From Nageia nagi (lineage: Eukaryota; Plantae; Pinophyta), in NCBI GenBank assembly GCA_050084985.1, contig JBITNC010000001.1, positions 137,206,001 through 137,270,000 on the forward strand: a DNA stretch of 64,000 bases, in the 5' to 3' direction. A program made the translations under genes and the position numbers. The notes beneath the pieces were generated by a model. That model saw only the letters and a list, made by a program, of their open reading frames with translations. It had not been told where the DNA came from and did not search any database. This document shows positions 26,560 to 41,145 of the stretch, piece after piece (positions within the stretch are counted from its first letter, which is position 1; every line of letters starts with the position of its first letter).

Positions 26560-29500
26560 TGTCACCATCATCATATAAAATGTATAAGTATGATCTGAGA
26601 CTTTCTCAAAAATCCCATAGGGTCCCAACCATAGAGAGTCAAACTTTTTGCATTTAACTTTATCTTCATAACAATTATCCTATAACCAAACTTTATCACC
26701 TACTTTAAATTCCTTATCATGAGCATATTGGTTGAAATATTTTTTTAATTTTTATTTTATTTTTTATTTCATTTTTCAAGGCTTATTCTCTATTTTCTTC
26801 CAACTCAATCAATTCAAAGTGCCTATTAGTCAAAGGTTTCTCTTGTTCAATGTTTTCCATTAACTTTAAACTAGAAATTTATAGTTAAAATGGAAGGATG
26901 GGTTCTCTATCATAAACTAGATATAATGGGGAATATTTGGTCAATTCTTTGTGTGTTATTTGATCTACTCAAAGAGTAAAACTCAATTTATTATGCCAAT
27001 TTCTCATGTTGAGATGGAGGATTCTAGCGATGATTTGTCTCATATTTGTATTTATTGATTTAGCAAGATCATTTCCTTGAGGTTAATAATATGATACCAG
27101 TTTATCTTGGACATTATATTCTAAGTAATGATTATTCACCTCAATGCAATCAAAACATCTAGAATTATTAGTGATGATACTAATGAGAATACCAAATCTA
27201 GAATAAGTATTTTTCTCAAGGAACTTAATGATAACTCTAAAAGTTGCTTGAAAAGTTACCATATAGCTTTTACCCATTTGGTAAAGTAGTCAATAGCTAT
27301 GAGGATAAATATATGACCTTTGCTATACATAGGTTTGATTGTCCCTACAAAATCAATACCCCATTTAGCAAATGGGGCATCAACTATAATTGATTTCAAA
27401 GGGGCAGTTCTAAACTTCTTTTTTCTAGTAAATTTCTAACACTCCAAACAACTATGGATATATTCTTTACAATATTGAAATATATTTTTCCCTCCCTAAT
27501 TATTTTATATGTATTTGTGGTAGGAGGGAAATATCCATCACAAACCCCATCATGAATTTCTTTGAGGACTTTAGAAATTTGGTCATTTTCAATACACCTT
27601 AATAGAATACCATAAAAAAAAATTGAAAAAGAATATTTTCATGCAAAAAATACTTCCTTGATTTCACATGAAGATCTCACTTTACATTGAATGATAGATT
27701 TTCTAGTGTATGTCCCATATTTAGGTACTCTAAAATATAATTCAACCAATTTCCCTTGTTGGTTGTAATAATTAGCACCTAGGCTTGTTGATCATCTACT
27801 AAGGGAGAAATATTTGCAATGAGTTTGCATAATTCTCTTCCTATGACCAACCTAATTGGCTTAAAAACTAAGTTATGTTCTTGCACTTTAACTATCCAAG
27901 AACCTATAATAACACCTAATTTTGTCTATGTCAAGCTAGATTTTACAGCTGGATCTAGTATTAGCACAGTAACTTGTTGTCCAAAAATATAGACCTTGAA
28001 ATTTATCACTGCTTTGACTATAACAAATGCTTATTTTTTTATAAAGGTGTATTTCTCTTATGTGCTTTTCATTGCATGACTCATGAAGGCAAATGTAATT
28101 TTACCTATGTTAAGAAATTGTATGATTTGATACATAAGTATACATTTTGAAAGGCCTATTGAAATCAAGCTACAATATGGTAGGTGTGCTTGTAAGAGCT
28201 TCTTTAATATTTCCAGATGCCAATTTCTTTTCATTAGACCATTTAAATTCTACATTTTATTTCAACATTTTACTTAGAGGAAACATGATTTCTACAAAGT
28301 CTAGGATGAATCTTCTTAAGAAATTTACCTTTTTAAAGAATAATTATAGAGATTTTCTACTTGTTGGTAAAGGAATTTTCTTATAAGTAATTGGCCATTC
28401 TAGATCGATCCGAGTACCATATTTTGAAATAATGTGTCCTAAAAGTTTCCCTTCACTAACCCCAAAAATAAATTTCTTCGAATTTAATGATATCCTAAAC
28501 TCCTTGCATATCTTCCATACTTGAACAATGTGTTGCACATGGTCTTCTCTTCACTTTGAAAATATTGTTATATCATTTAGATATATAATAATAATTTTAT
28601 TTATCAAATCTTTGAAATTGAAATCCATATCTCTCTAAAAAGTAGCTCCTGCATTAGTTAATCCAAATGACATCCTCTTGTAAGCAATTGTACCCCAAGG
28701 AGTAGCAAATGTTATTTTAAAATAATATTCCTCTATGACCCAAATTTGATTGTAACCAAAATAACCATCCAATAAACAAAATATTTTGGATCCATTGATA
28801 GTCTACAAGAGATGATCCATCATGGGAAATTAATAATTATCTTTAATGGATGCCAAGTTGAGATTTTGAAATTCAATAAATATTTTGATATCTCCATTTT
28901 TCTTTTGAACTGGAATAATGTTGGATACCTAAGAAGAATGTTTAATTAGATAAATGATATTTTAAGCCAACATCTTTCCAACCTCCTTCTTGATCATCCC
29001 TTCAATTTTTGTGTTGAATTGTCAGGGTTTTTTGCTAAAGGGTTTAGAATTATCTTTCAAAGGGATAATATGTTGAAATATGTCTTTCCTAAACCCTTTG
29101 AGGTCATAATAGTTCTAGGAAAAAATACTTTTAAGTCTTTTGAATGATTCAATCATTTCTTATATTTCATTTAGAGTGCACCCAGTGCCAATCAAAACTT
29201 CCTGAGGTGTTTCATTTGGATCCAGATTAAAAGTTATTTTAGTCTTGGATATCTCTTTAATCAAATTCTAATGATTAAAGTGATCATTTTGATCATATAG
29301 ATTCTTTAGTTAGATCATTATAGAAGGAATTTTATTTGAGTTCAGATGTGGAAAATTGTCTAATTCCATAAATCCTATTGAATATTCTTATATGCATTGT
29401 AGGAAATGTAAAAGTTATCTATAATAATCAAAAACTTACCAATTTTTTATGTTATCTAATATAGTTGGCCTAAAATGTAATTCAATCTGATAATTCCCCA

Positions 29501-31800
29501 ATCTAAGAGAGGGATTTGAACTTACCATAGAATTTGATATAGCTGAACAGTTTACTTGAGAATTCCAATTTCAAAGAATAACAATTATGTTGAAAGAATA
29601 TAGGGTTTCAATCATATCCCAAACAAGATGTTCCCAAGATCAAAACCTAGGGTTCTTAGTCTAAAATTAATTTTTAACCTATTTTATAATTAGTTTTGCT
29701 TCCCCAAAATAGGTGAAATTTCAAATATGTAACTCTTTCTTTGGTATATTTAATCCCTAATATAATGCTTCATATTTAATAATGTTATTGGTGCAATGAA
29801 AAGTCAATCTCATTTAATAAACTTTCTTCACTCCATTAGGCACAATGAAAATGATGCCTACTTTGTTTCCTTCTTTGCATTTACTACCATCAAAATACAT
29901 CTTCCACACATCATTCAAATTTATAATATTTATTTCTCTTTTGGGTTCTTCTTCGATAGCTTTATATTAACCAATTTTCACATACTAAAAGAATTCTACC
30001 AACTGATTTTCCTACAAATTTACCTCATGTGTGAGACTTTTCTTAATATTTTCTTCAATCTTATTTTATTCAAGGAAAACCACCCATGTTTGTTTAGCTT
30101 TAGGTTTAAGGATATACAATGTGTCCTTGATTTTAATTTGTGCAAAATACCAATCTAATGAAATCATACCACCCATAAGTGGCTCCAAACTATCTTCTTA
30201 GTAACATCCCTTAAACAATAGGCATATTGACCACTACAATACTCATGAGAATCTTTCTATTTGGGAATGTGGATAAGTTAACAATAATATCTTTGATTTT
30301 CCTAACCTTATTTACATTTGATGAATCCATTTGGAAGCAAGTATCTTCAAATTTAGTATAATTTAGTTTCAAAATCTGAACTACTTTTAAAGGCATGATG
30401 TTATCCATAGCTTTTGAATCTAAGATACAAATTCACAATGTTTTGCTATTTACCCATAAATACATATAAAATAGGGGTAACTTAGTCTTTTTTTAATGAG
30501 CTACATAAATATGTTCTCTGATGTTGAATTTTCCCATAATCAAATTCACATATGTATTAGAAGGTTTAATTACATCTAAAAGTTCCTTCATAGACTAGGG
30601 ATTATTTTTTATAGGATCAAAATATTAGTTGTATTCTTACATAAATCTTCTACAACATTATATTTCAAACTAGAAGGATCTTTCTTATTTTGTTCAGTTT
30701 GAATCTCCTTGGAATTTTTCTAGGCTTTATCTTGTTGTTGAGCTTAAAGTTTTGTTTGCAATCTAGTTGTCATGGTATAACAATTGGAAGGTTCATCGCT
30801 ATCTTGAAAGAAATTTTTTGATATATTCTCATTGTTTTCTTTCTGAAGTGAATTAGATTCCTCTTGTTCAATTGTATCACTATTGCCCAATAGTACTTCA
30901 TTTTTTGCAATCATTTCCTACAACATATTTATAGCATATGATTGTTAGGATCATGTTCATACTTACAGATATTACAATAAGAATTTGGAGTTGAATATTT
31001 GGGTCTATCTAAAGGGATAAGTATTGTCTTCTTCTCATCTCTGTAATCACCTATTTTCTTATCTAATTATTTTTGAAATTTTGTTGAGGTCTAAAATCTT
31101 GTTGTACATTCCTCATTTACTGAATAGTCATATTGGCCAATTTACTTAAGAATTTATTTTCTTTAAGGAGCTTCATTTTTATCTTCTTTGTTGGATGATT
31201 CAACATTCCCCTTTTTGGATTCAAAAGGTCTATTCCTTGCAATCTTTCCTATTGTAATCATGTATTCTTCATGTTTGACTACTTCATTAATTGCATTATC
31301 AAATGTAGTAAGTTTGCAAGCTATTGCCATGTATCCCAACTCAGAATCTAGAGCATTGATAAAGAAAGACTTCTTCATTGCTTTAGCACATTATAAGTTC
31401 CTAGGAATTCTTTGAAAGAGTTTATTGAAATGATCAACCAGTTGCAGGATAGATTCTTTATCTCTTTTATTTATATATGAATGCTTGTTAATTAGCTTTA
31501 TCCCTAATACCCAACTTTTAAAATGCAACTAAAAATTATCTAACAAATCATCCCAATTGAAAATTGATCCAATAGGAAGGTAACTATACCAATGTAGCAT
31601 TGACTCTGTGAAAGTTTTAACAAACATACATACTACAACATATTCATGTTCAACCCCATTTTCTTCACAATAAGTATTAAAATTTTCAAGATGTTCCTCT
31701 ACCATAGTTCTAGATAAATCTCCTAAGAAATGAGGAAGATCTCTAATTTCCTTAAGAAGTTTATATCTTTTTCCTTGCAAATTCAATGGTCCTAAGTTAA
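26560..31800 (-). pseudogene. gag-pol pseudogene of element D
   Basis: gag ORF 31529-31786; YCNICKYEH knuckle ~30960; LDSKA protease ~30420; WKMYFDGSKC archaeal-type RNase H ~29890; LDGYFGYNQI and YLND RT 28570-28780; HDGVC and KWGIDFVG integrase 27340-27550; WLGPY ~26620. Confidence 0.9.
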
Positions 31801-33916
31801 TTTTCCATGTTCATGGGATTCTTTGGTCATCTTCATCCATTTTGAGTGCTTTTGTATCTGATTTAGAATCTATGAAATAATTTTTGAACTCTTTAAGTGA
31901 TATACTTATTAATGGAGTAGGGCTCCTTGTTTCAACAAGTGTGAAATTTGGATTTGTATTTTACCATTCTCTTTGAATCCTTTGTAACTATCTTTCTAAT
32001 TCTATAGGATCGAGATTTCAAGGACCAATTTTAATTGATCCTACACTTTAGGTTCTTCTTCTTATGGGACTTGCTACTTTCGAAAAGAAACTTCAATTTT
32101 GGTTAAATCTAAAATACTTCAACTCTTCTTGAGATGAGAATTAGGTGTGAATAAATGGTATTAAATCAAGAGATTAAGACTTGATCTAAATTTAATAAAA
32201 TCACTATTTCCTTCTTTTGAATTGTTATCTAAAGGATATCCTCGTAATGCAATTCTTTCTACAATAAGGGTCTGTTTAATTCTTTTACTATCTTGGAGTT
32301 TTAATAGAATGACTCATCTTTTGATTTGAAAGAAATAGAAATCTCTTCTAAAGGTTTGATTTCTTTTTTGAACATCAAGTGGGAAGTTTCTTTCTTCACT
32401 TCTATAATCAATTTCTTTGTAGATGTTATTTTACCAAACAAAAATTTCCTCAAAATATATTGACCTTTGGAGAGTTAGGTGCAAGACTCTAATTTTTCTA
32501 AACATGGGGACAAAAATCTGAATTGGATCTTTTTCAATAGGCAAAATAAAATTAGACTGATTGTTGAAAATTTCTTCTCACTTTGATTCCCCTTTTGATA
32601 TTGAATCATATCTTGTAGCTTTAAGATTTTATTCTTTGTGGACTAGTGTATCTCTAACTTTACCACACTTGTTTAATCAAGTTCTCTCTCTAAGTGATCT
32701 TAAATACAACTCTCTTCAAAATTCTTGAGCTAAACATTGTTGTTTTGATGAAAAATTTCTATTTTTTAACCTTCTCAATACTTCAAATTGAATGGTTGAT
32801 ATCATGTATAACCATAATTTTTCCAAGTGAAAGCTTCTTGCAGCATAACATGCTTTGATATGATCAAGTTTATGGAACCTTCTATTTATAGATGAAGTGT
32901 TTTATTTTTGAGTGTCTAAATGAGCCAGTTTGAATAAATCAAAAATCTATGAGTGTGGAAAGACTTTGACTTCTTCTCAGAGAAGTTTTTGGATTGAATG
33001 TAAAAGGTTGAAATTCAACACTAAGAAATGAATTTTGACTTTATATTTACTAATTAATCCTCTTCTAAATCACTATCATTTTTTGGATATCCATTGATTC
33101 CCAAAACATCATCAAAGAAAATAAATTCAATCAGTTCTCATTTTTCAACAAATTTCAACTTAACTTCTTACTTGGACTAAAAAAGATAAGTTTCTCTTCT
33201 GACAACTTTATTTCTTCATTGATCTTATGATGATAGATCTCTTTCTTAACTTATAAGAAATAATTATTTTGAGATAATTTCAAATATCTTAGGAACTTAT
33301 CTGGACTCTTTAATGATTGAAGAAGGATTGTTAACTCCTACTAGAACTATGGATTATGAAGACAATCGTGTTGGCTTTATTTTGATAGGAAAGAAGAAGT
33401 TAGTTTTAAACTATCAAATATTCCTTATCTAATTCACCATTTGATTCTATATAATATCCTAAAATGTCTATCTTTTCTTTGTCAAATGTGCCCAATGGTT
33501 CAATTGGCCTTTGTACCTCCAATTTTGCTTCACTCCAAAAAGTTCTATTAAGGAAAAATCTTCTAGTTTTCTAATTTTTGATTTGAAGTGTAGGAGTGAG
33601 ATATCTTTCTTCTTCTCTAGTTAACATTTTTTATTCACTTTGATCCAAAGTACTAAAGATTGATTCATTGAATAATATATTTTTATTTATTATTTCTTCT
33701 CAAACTCTCCTAACTTGTAGATTTTGTAAAGTGTGATACCTTGTAGAGTTAGGGTGAGAATTTGCCATGTTTCTTCAACATTTTTTTTAAAGCTCTCTTT
33801 TCATAAAATAGTAAATTTAGATGTTTTTTTGCACCTAGAACACTTTGCAAGTGACTAACTTAGTTCATATTTATCAAGTTATCTTTGACTAGCCAAATGG
33901 TAGTTCTTCATTTGCT

Positions 33917-33934
33917 TCCCCAATAGAGTCACCA
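33917..33934 (-). promoter_or_regulatory. Primer-binding site (tRNA-Arg type) of element D
   Basis: tggtgactctattgggga resembles CpG-decayed TGGCGACTCCGCTGGGGA and lies next to the LTR end. Confidence 0.8.
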
Positions 33935-35002
33935 ATTTTATTAACTACTTTTTCTTGTTAAGTAGAAATAAGGGATATATGATCCTTCTTTTAATGAGGT
34001 TGTTATCAATGTATTTTCTTAGTGCTAATGGATTGTGTTAATACTTATTTTATTTTTCTCATAATCTTTCCTATACTTAGATTAAATACTTGCTTCACTA
34101 ATTCTTAAAAAGTAAGCAATTACTTAATATTTGTAACTTAGTTATATTAAACTTGCTCAAGTTATCCAAGTTATGAGGAAGACAGTAATATGTTTCACAT
34201 AAGTATATCTTCACTTATTAAATGAATATTTTTGCATTTTTTCATATTTTTCTCTAAATGTGCAAAGACTTAGTTTGATTTTCTCACAACTTTTCTTGTC
34301 CTTGAATTAAATTCATATTCCACTAATTCTCAAAAAGTAAACAATCACTTAACCATTTTAACCAAGATGAAGAAATCTTTCCTGAGTTAATCAAGTTACA
34401 AGTAAGAGATGATATGCACTATGTAAGTTACCTTGCACTTAGTTTCTCTTACTTTTAATTCACAAAAAACTTAGTTCCTTTAATGAAACACTATGCTGCA
34501 TAGCTTGCATAATACTTCATATTTCTTTCACTAGCTCAAATAGTAATTGTTTTTTAAGTTTGCAAAAAGATAGCATCATCCAATTATAAAAAAATAAATT
34601 ATTGCACATAATTAAAATTCATTTCTTAACTCAAAAAAGTATCAAATAAATAAGTATACATAAGCGAGATGCAAAAGATACTATCTTATATTGTTGAAGC
34701 TCCAAAAGTGCAAGAGAGAGTTACAAATGAGGTTTATATTCCTTTAAGTAGTACTCAAAGGTAGTTAGGTTTGATATAAAATGCTAACTTCCTTTAAAAA
34801 ATAATTAGAAAAACCTAATTACATGGCATAAAAATTATGGCTAAGTCCAAAAAGTAGCCAACTCATAAAATGACTAAGTATGAAAAATAAAAAGTCAAAA
34901 ATTTATCTAACTCTGAACATTAAGGGGGGGAAAATGTTCTAACACCCTTAATTCTTTTTACAATGATAATAACAAAAATTAAAACAACAAAAATCCATCT
35001 CT

Positions 35003-38000
35003 TCAACTAGCCACCAAATGAGGGAATAAAGCCATCATTTTTGCAACCTTCATCTTGATATCTCCTTCTGAGAAGCTACATACTCTATCATGCCCTTCCA
35101 CTAACCCTTGCTACTGATAAATCATCTTCCCTATTTCCCAATTCTTAATCTTTTGATGTGCCAATTTAATGTATTCAATCGATGAGAGATGGCATTCATA
35201 TGAATCAATATTCACTTATTATATATATTTAGATTTCAACTTTTTCTCCAAGAGTTCTTTTAGAGTCTATCTAATTTCATCATTGCTTCTCCATTAGCTT
35301 GACTCATCTAAAGTTGGAATATTAGTTAAATCAATGATATTTTGATTTTCTTTATATACTTTGTCATATTTTTCTTTGAAGTATTTGCATATAATCTTTG
35401 CATTTGATAACCAATCAAAAAAGAATGAAAAATTCTTTATAAAAGTTAATCAACCTTTCATCATTGATCTCCTCCCACTCAATTCTTGCAACAATCTCTA
35501 CTTTTGTCACCCATCGATTTGCATATTTGCTAATATCAATGTCAACACCATAAAGCTAAAACTTGATGTTTTCTAGGAAAAAAAGGTCATGATAAGCATT
35601 TTGGAAGACTTTAATTGCTTTCTTGATTAGTTTATCAATTCTCTTTTCAAGCTCATAGCCTCTTCTATATTTGTATTTTAAATCTTAATTATTGGCTTCC
35701 ATATCCTCAAATTCCTTAAAATTCTTCTTCATATGTTTCACTTTACTTTTAAGCTTATTAAATTTTGACTCTTTTTTTGTGATAATTTGGTTAGATTTTT
35801 ACATGGGGGGTTACTTAATAGAAAGCCTTCATAACACCTACATCCATGGGCTTCTTAAAAAAACCCTATTTTTAAAATTTACCACCTTCTCTTTTAATTT
35901 ATTAAACCGCTCATGGTAAACTTCTATATAATAAATAATAACTCTTTTTTAAAAAATAACATTTTATCTAAAAAAATTGAATCAATTTTTAATACCCCTT
36001 CATAGTTTTATCCCTTGATAGCATCACATGGAATTATAGCAGTCCAGAACTTTTACAATGAAAACCCTTATCAACCATTATTTAAAGTCACCTGAAACCA
36101 TGACTCATAATATGGAGTGAAAATTATTTATTTGAAAAAGTAATATGCAAAATAAGATCACTTAAAAGTGGAAAAAATGATCACATCAGAAATTGATTGA
36201 TATACATACACGATAAGATAACTAGAAATTTGTTGGACCCAAGTGCAAAGAGAAGTAGAGTGAAGAAGGGGGTGGTGATAGGTTGTTGATATATGCATGT
36301 ATATTATGGTCTATTATAGTCAATGGATAGAATTTTACTAAAATATATATATAATAGACATGAAAGCAATAACTTTGACCCATTTAAATAGAGAATTTCA
36401 TGGTTAATTTCATAATAAATGGACAATCTTCAAACATGGCCTCTCAATGTGATGTGGGCAATTTGAAGGATGTGAAATTAGAAAAGATACTTTAATAAGA
36501 TACATATAATATATAAATATTGATAATTTAATCTCTTAATTTAAGATATTAAAGGATTAACACTAACTTAAAAGATATTAAATAAGATTATGAAAACAAT
36601 GTTAACTATGAATCTAACTAATTGTTATGATTTTTAGTAGGCTATTACTACTCATCATATAATTATTATTATATTTTTATTATTATTTTATTTTAATATA
36701 TTGATAAATTAAAAGGATATATATTGCATGAATTTTAAACACCCCTACCCTCCTCCCCCTCTAAAATACTTATTGATATATCGATAATTCTAATTTATAT
36801 TAAAAAAAACCCTTGGTAGGACTCACATGCTATTTACCATTTCCTAATAGTGACCCCCATGGATTTTTAGTGCCTTGATCAATGATATAAGCATTCAAAT
36901 CGATCCTTAAAGGTCCAACATCATATTCCATGGTGCTAACAATTATCTACCTCTTATCCTTTACCTTCCTGATATTGGTTATGACCTTGCTTACATGTAG
37001 AGTCTCTTTTCTAAACTCAACTACGTTTGGTAATTTTCTTGGGATTAGTGCAAATTATCCTTCTATAGGATATAGATTTTCATCCCTCTCATTATCACTA
37101 TTATCTTCTTTGATCCTTTTCAAATATGCATCTATATCCATATTCTTCAAAAGATTATCCTAGTTCAAGAGAACTACTCTCATCAATAGCGATAATATGT
37201 TTATCTTGTTTTCTTTTATTTCTCCTCTATTCATTTTCCTCATCATCATCACCATATTTATCACCTCTAGTTACTTTAGAAAAATTTTTGGATGAGGTCT
37301 TATGTGAACTAGGGTTTTTAAATGAAGTGAAACCTTTCTTTTCCTCTGATCTAGTAGTTGGGAATTTTGCAACTTGTGAATACCCCTTTACTACTTATCA
37401 TGTAGGAACTTCTAGACTAGTCTCTTCCCATTATGAATCTTCTAGGGATAAAGAAGAATAAGTGGTAATTAATTCTAGCTTTGAGGAAACTATAAGAGGG
37501 CTACAGGCATCTTCTTTGATCTCATCTTCTTCTTTCGAATCAATAAGATTAATAAACTCATCATCCCCTTCTATATTAGTATCTATAGTGGGGCCAACAT
37601 CTTGATATTCCATAAAATTTATTTCCATTTGTTCCTCATAATTTACTCCATCTTCATATGATTCTTCTTCATCTTCATTATGATTTCTTGACCTATTTTC
37701 ATCACTTCTTGACTTTGATTGATCATCACCATTAGAATTACTAAATCTCTCTAAAGAGGCTTGTTATATGAAGAATCTCCACAAGGAATGACAACATGAC
37801 TACTTTATTCACTCTTAAAAAGAGAATTGGGGTGGTCACTAACTTGTGCTTCTATAACTCTTAGCATAGGAATGCTTATGGTAGGTACATGGATGGTCTA
37901 TGACACATTAATGCCTTGCATTGATCCAAATGATTGAATCCAAGATCTTTGGTGAAATCTTGTTCAATAGTTTGCTGAGTTTCTGGTAGCTTTGGTAAGA

Positions 38001-39458
38001 TATTTTTGCTTTCATATTTAGCTACTTATTTCTTTTTATCCCTCTTTTATTTCATAAACTATTCAAAAATTCTCTAAATCTCCATCTCTAATAGACATTT
38101 TGGTATCTCTCAATATCACCAAGGGAGTGTTGTTCATAGTTGGTGTGAAATCTTTAGCAAAATCTATTAACTACATGAATTGGATCATAATGAATCTTAA
38201 AAACATAAAGCTCAAAATAATACCCTTCAATTTCACATTTAATCATCTTAGCCTCTAGCCAATTGTTGCAATAGTACCAAGAACAAGTAATAGGCATCTT
38301 GTTGGGTGCCTTTTTTTTCTCCTTAACAAACTTTTCATGAAAATAAAATATTTACCTTACAAATTAAAGGTAAAAAATTCTATCACTAAGATAGAAAAGG
38401 AGTTTAAGTAGTACCACATTGGTGTTAAAAACTCTGATGTAAGAATTATCAAACTCCTCTAGATAAAAAATCTGGGAACCTCTTCAAAAACTCAATTGCT
38501 TCAATAGATATTCTAGGGATATTCTGAGCTACTTTCAACTCTTTGATGATTGCACATGCCCATTCATTGGTCCTCATATGGATATTGTTCCATTCCTTTA
38601 CCTTATGAAATTTTGGATAAGCCATATATATTGTTGCCTTTTGATTGTAAATGACCTTTTTAATGCCATGGGTACAAGGTTGTTTTTTCCCTTTTATCAA
38701 TAGGAATACCGAATAGGAAATATAGAAAAAAACTCTTTTTTTTTTCTATTGTTGAGACTTGGCTCAATGGATACTCTATCCTTTACTCACCTTATAAATG
38801 AAGCCAAATAAATCTTTCTCAAATCTGATATCCATGGACTTCCCCAAAATTCTATGAAGAAAACTAATGGCTTTGTTTGTGGTATCCTGAAAGAAACATA
38901 TTTTTTTTCATTATAGTTTGATGAGTCATACCATGATTTTTTGGTTTAAAAAAGATCAAATAAAACTGCTAGGTCTATGTCCATTATTATATTGTCCATA
39001 TTTTTTAGTAGCATCCTTCTAAGTGAAGATAATACCTCGATTTGACCATTCCATCTCTTTTTCAATGCCCTTTTGGTCAGGTTTAAAATTACCTTTCCTT
39101 CTACATGCATAATGACTCTTTTGTTGAAATCACTATACTTAGCCACTTCCATCACTAACTCAAGAAAATTCAATGAGAAGGGTATAACTGCAACTATAAA
39201 ATATCTAAAAGAATGGAGTATATTTTTCTCTTTGACTTCTTCAAGTATTCCATCAGCTTCTCTCAACATGAATATGGGTTCGGTATGATTCATTTTGGAT
39301 CTCTTATATTCTCAAGTCTATCATAATAATGGGCCCTCTATTTGGTCCAGCCATCCTTCTTTAGTTCTACAAAGTTGCTCTTGGTTAACCAAGAATAGCC
39401 ACCCTCATTGTGCTTTGCCTTACTGATCTTGCAAAATGATAAGAATTTTTTTAGCCAT
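35003..39458 (-). pseudogene. Large (~1100 codon) unknown-function ORF inside the LTR: globular N-terminal domain, acidic/basic linker, coiled-coil-like C-terminus
   Basis: Colinear minus-strand ORF pieces 38946-39293, 38449-38700 and 37431-37628, continuing past the hAT insert to ~35003. Confidence 0.7.
35802..36861. mobile_element. Non-autonomous hAT-type DNA transposon (MITE)
   Basis: TIRs catggggggttacttaatagaaa / tttcctaatagtgacccccatg; exact 8-bp TSD GATTTTTA (35794-35801 and 36862-36869). Confidence 0.88.
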
Positions 39459-39559
39459 CATTTTGAGATAATATGAGAATTATAATTTTATCAAAAACTT
39501 AATTTTCTCAAAATTATCTATTCTTCCTTTAGTCCCATCCAATTAACAAGGGAATTCGG

Positions 39560-40010
39560 TGTGACCAAGAAAAAACTTTAGTCACTTCAAGTTGAAGTAA
39601 AACATGATGCAACCACTAAATACTTTATTCACCTTGAGTAAAAGTTGAAAATAGTGTGATAAAGTTTTATAAATTAGTCACTTCAACTTAATTACCAAAA
39701 CAATGTGATAACTTAAAGACCTTATTTGCTTTTGATGTTAATATCATCTTCCATGTGATAATTTTTTTTAGTCACTTACATCGTATAGTTTAAGTTAGTG
39801 TGATAAAGGCTTAGTGACTTAGTTTCTTCTTATAAGAAACCAACATAATGCAATAAAGGGATTTTTCTTTAGTTGCTCCCAATTGAAGTGCAAAATAATA
39901 CAATAAAGGAAAATGATAGTCGTATTTGGGTAGAGCTTAAAAATAATATGATAAGGTTAATATTCCTTAGTCACCTTAACTTAATCATTAGTATTAATGC
40001 AATAAGAGAA
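39560..40010. repeat. Second copy of the 49-bp-period palindromic motif array
   Basis: Colinear with 23876-24335. Confidence 0.8.
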
Positions 40011-41145
40011 ATACACTCAATCAGACTAAGTCCTTTATAGACCTAGCTAAGTGTTTCTTTAGTCGATGAGAGGGAAAAAGAAAATTGGTAGAGAGAAGGT
40101 AATGTTATTCACTTTGAATTAGTATTAAAACCACTCCAATAACTCATAAGCAATAGTCACCCTCACCTAATAATCAATCCCAATGTAATAGAAGGAACTC
40201 TATAGTTGCTTTGGCTTGGTATTCAAGTCACTATGACCGCTAAAAACTTAGTCGCTTTGTCTAAACTCTCAAATTGTAGCAAAAAAGGAACTTTATTTTT
40301 AGGTTGGATATAAATGAATTAGGCATATTCATATTTACAAATTAAATATAGCAGAATGGGACACATATTAATGATCAAAGCAATGTAACCCTAGATTTGA
40401 TGGTGGTAAGCAAATCAATGGGTAGCTTTGGTCGACATAAGTAGGAGATGAAATCGGTAGGCCTTAGTGGTGGTTTAGTCTCTTTGAGTATCTTTCCAAG
40501 TGGATACGACCATATACAAATCCTTTAGTCACAATGAGATAGAATTTTATGTGGATGCAACCAAAAGAAGCACCTTAGTCACATCGAGTTAGGATGAAAG
40601 AGGATGCGATAATGGAAAAAAACCTTAGTATGCCCAAGTAGGTGATAAACTTGATGCAACTGAATAAAATATAAAGATAGTCAAATTTTATCATTTTTTG
40701 CTCCAATTTTGGAAATGAAGACCTTATTAGCTTCAAGGCTTATGGTGAAAACCATCTTTCACTTCTCAATGTCTAGAATGAATACTTGGCTTTAAAAATG
40801 GGATTTTGATGTTCATCATTCAATGGTTGAGTAGAACCGATTTCCACTTGTGTTGATGGTAGGTGCTTGCGATCAAAATTAGAGGATGGTATTCAATGGT
40901 TACATAGAAACCAACTTCCATGTTAATGTCTAGAATATGTGCTTGCCTCTAAGGTGAAGGATACTACCCAATTGTCCAAACTCTTTTTGTGCTAAAAAAA
41001 AGTAATCTTGACAAATCGTTATTTTTGGATTTTGGATTATTTAATTTTTGTGGTTTTTGTTAATTAAGAACAACAGAAAAAAATTCTTAGACTTAACTTG
41101 AAAAAAAAGGTGAAAAAATTATTGATTGAAAATTGGATGGTAACA

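Larger units (their letters stand above)
22047..41145 (-). mobile_element. Ty3/gypsy Tat-group element D (PR-aRH-RT-RH-INT order, TatII-like) with very long LTRs; 3' LTR truncated
   Basis: Both LTR copies start TGTTACCATCC on the minus strand (41145 and 25470) and share ~3.4 kb; PBS (minus) tggtgactctattgggga 33917-33934; the 41145 end abuts host copia RNase H. Confidence 0.8.
33939..41145 (-). repeat. 5' LTR of element D (~7.2 kb; ~6.1 kb without the hAT insert)
   Basis: TGTTA... start at 41145; end ...ttaaTA (CA decayed) immediately before the PBS; minus-strand TATA at ~34735. Confidence 0.7.

Noticed and set aside
31800-33916. Separate upstream ORF1 in the 2.1-kb leader of D
   Set aside because: Looks coding-like on the minus strand but is too decayed to delimit or name.
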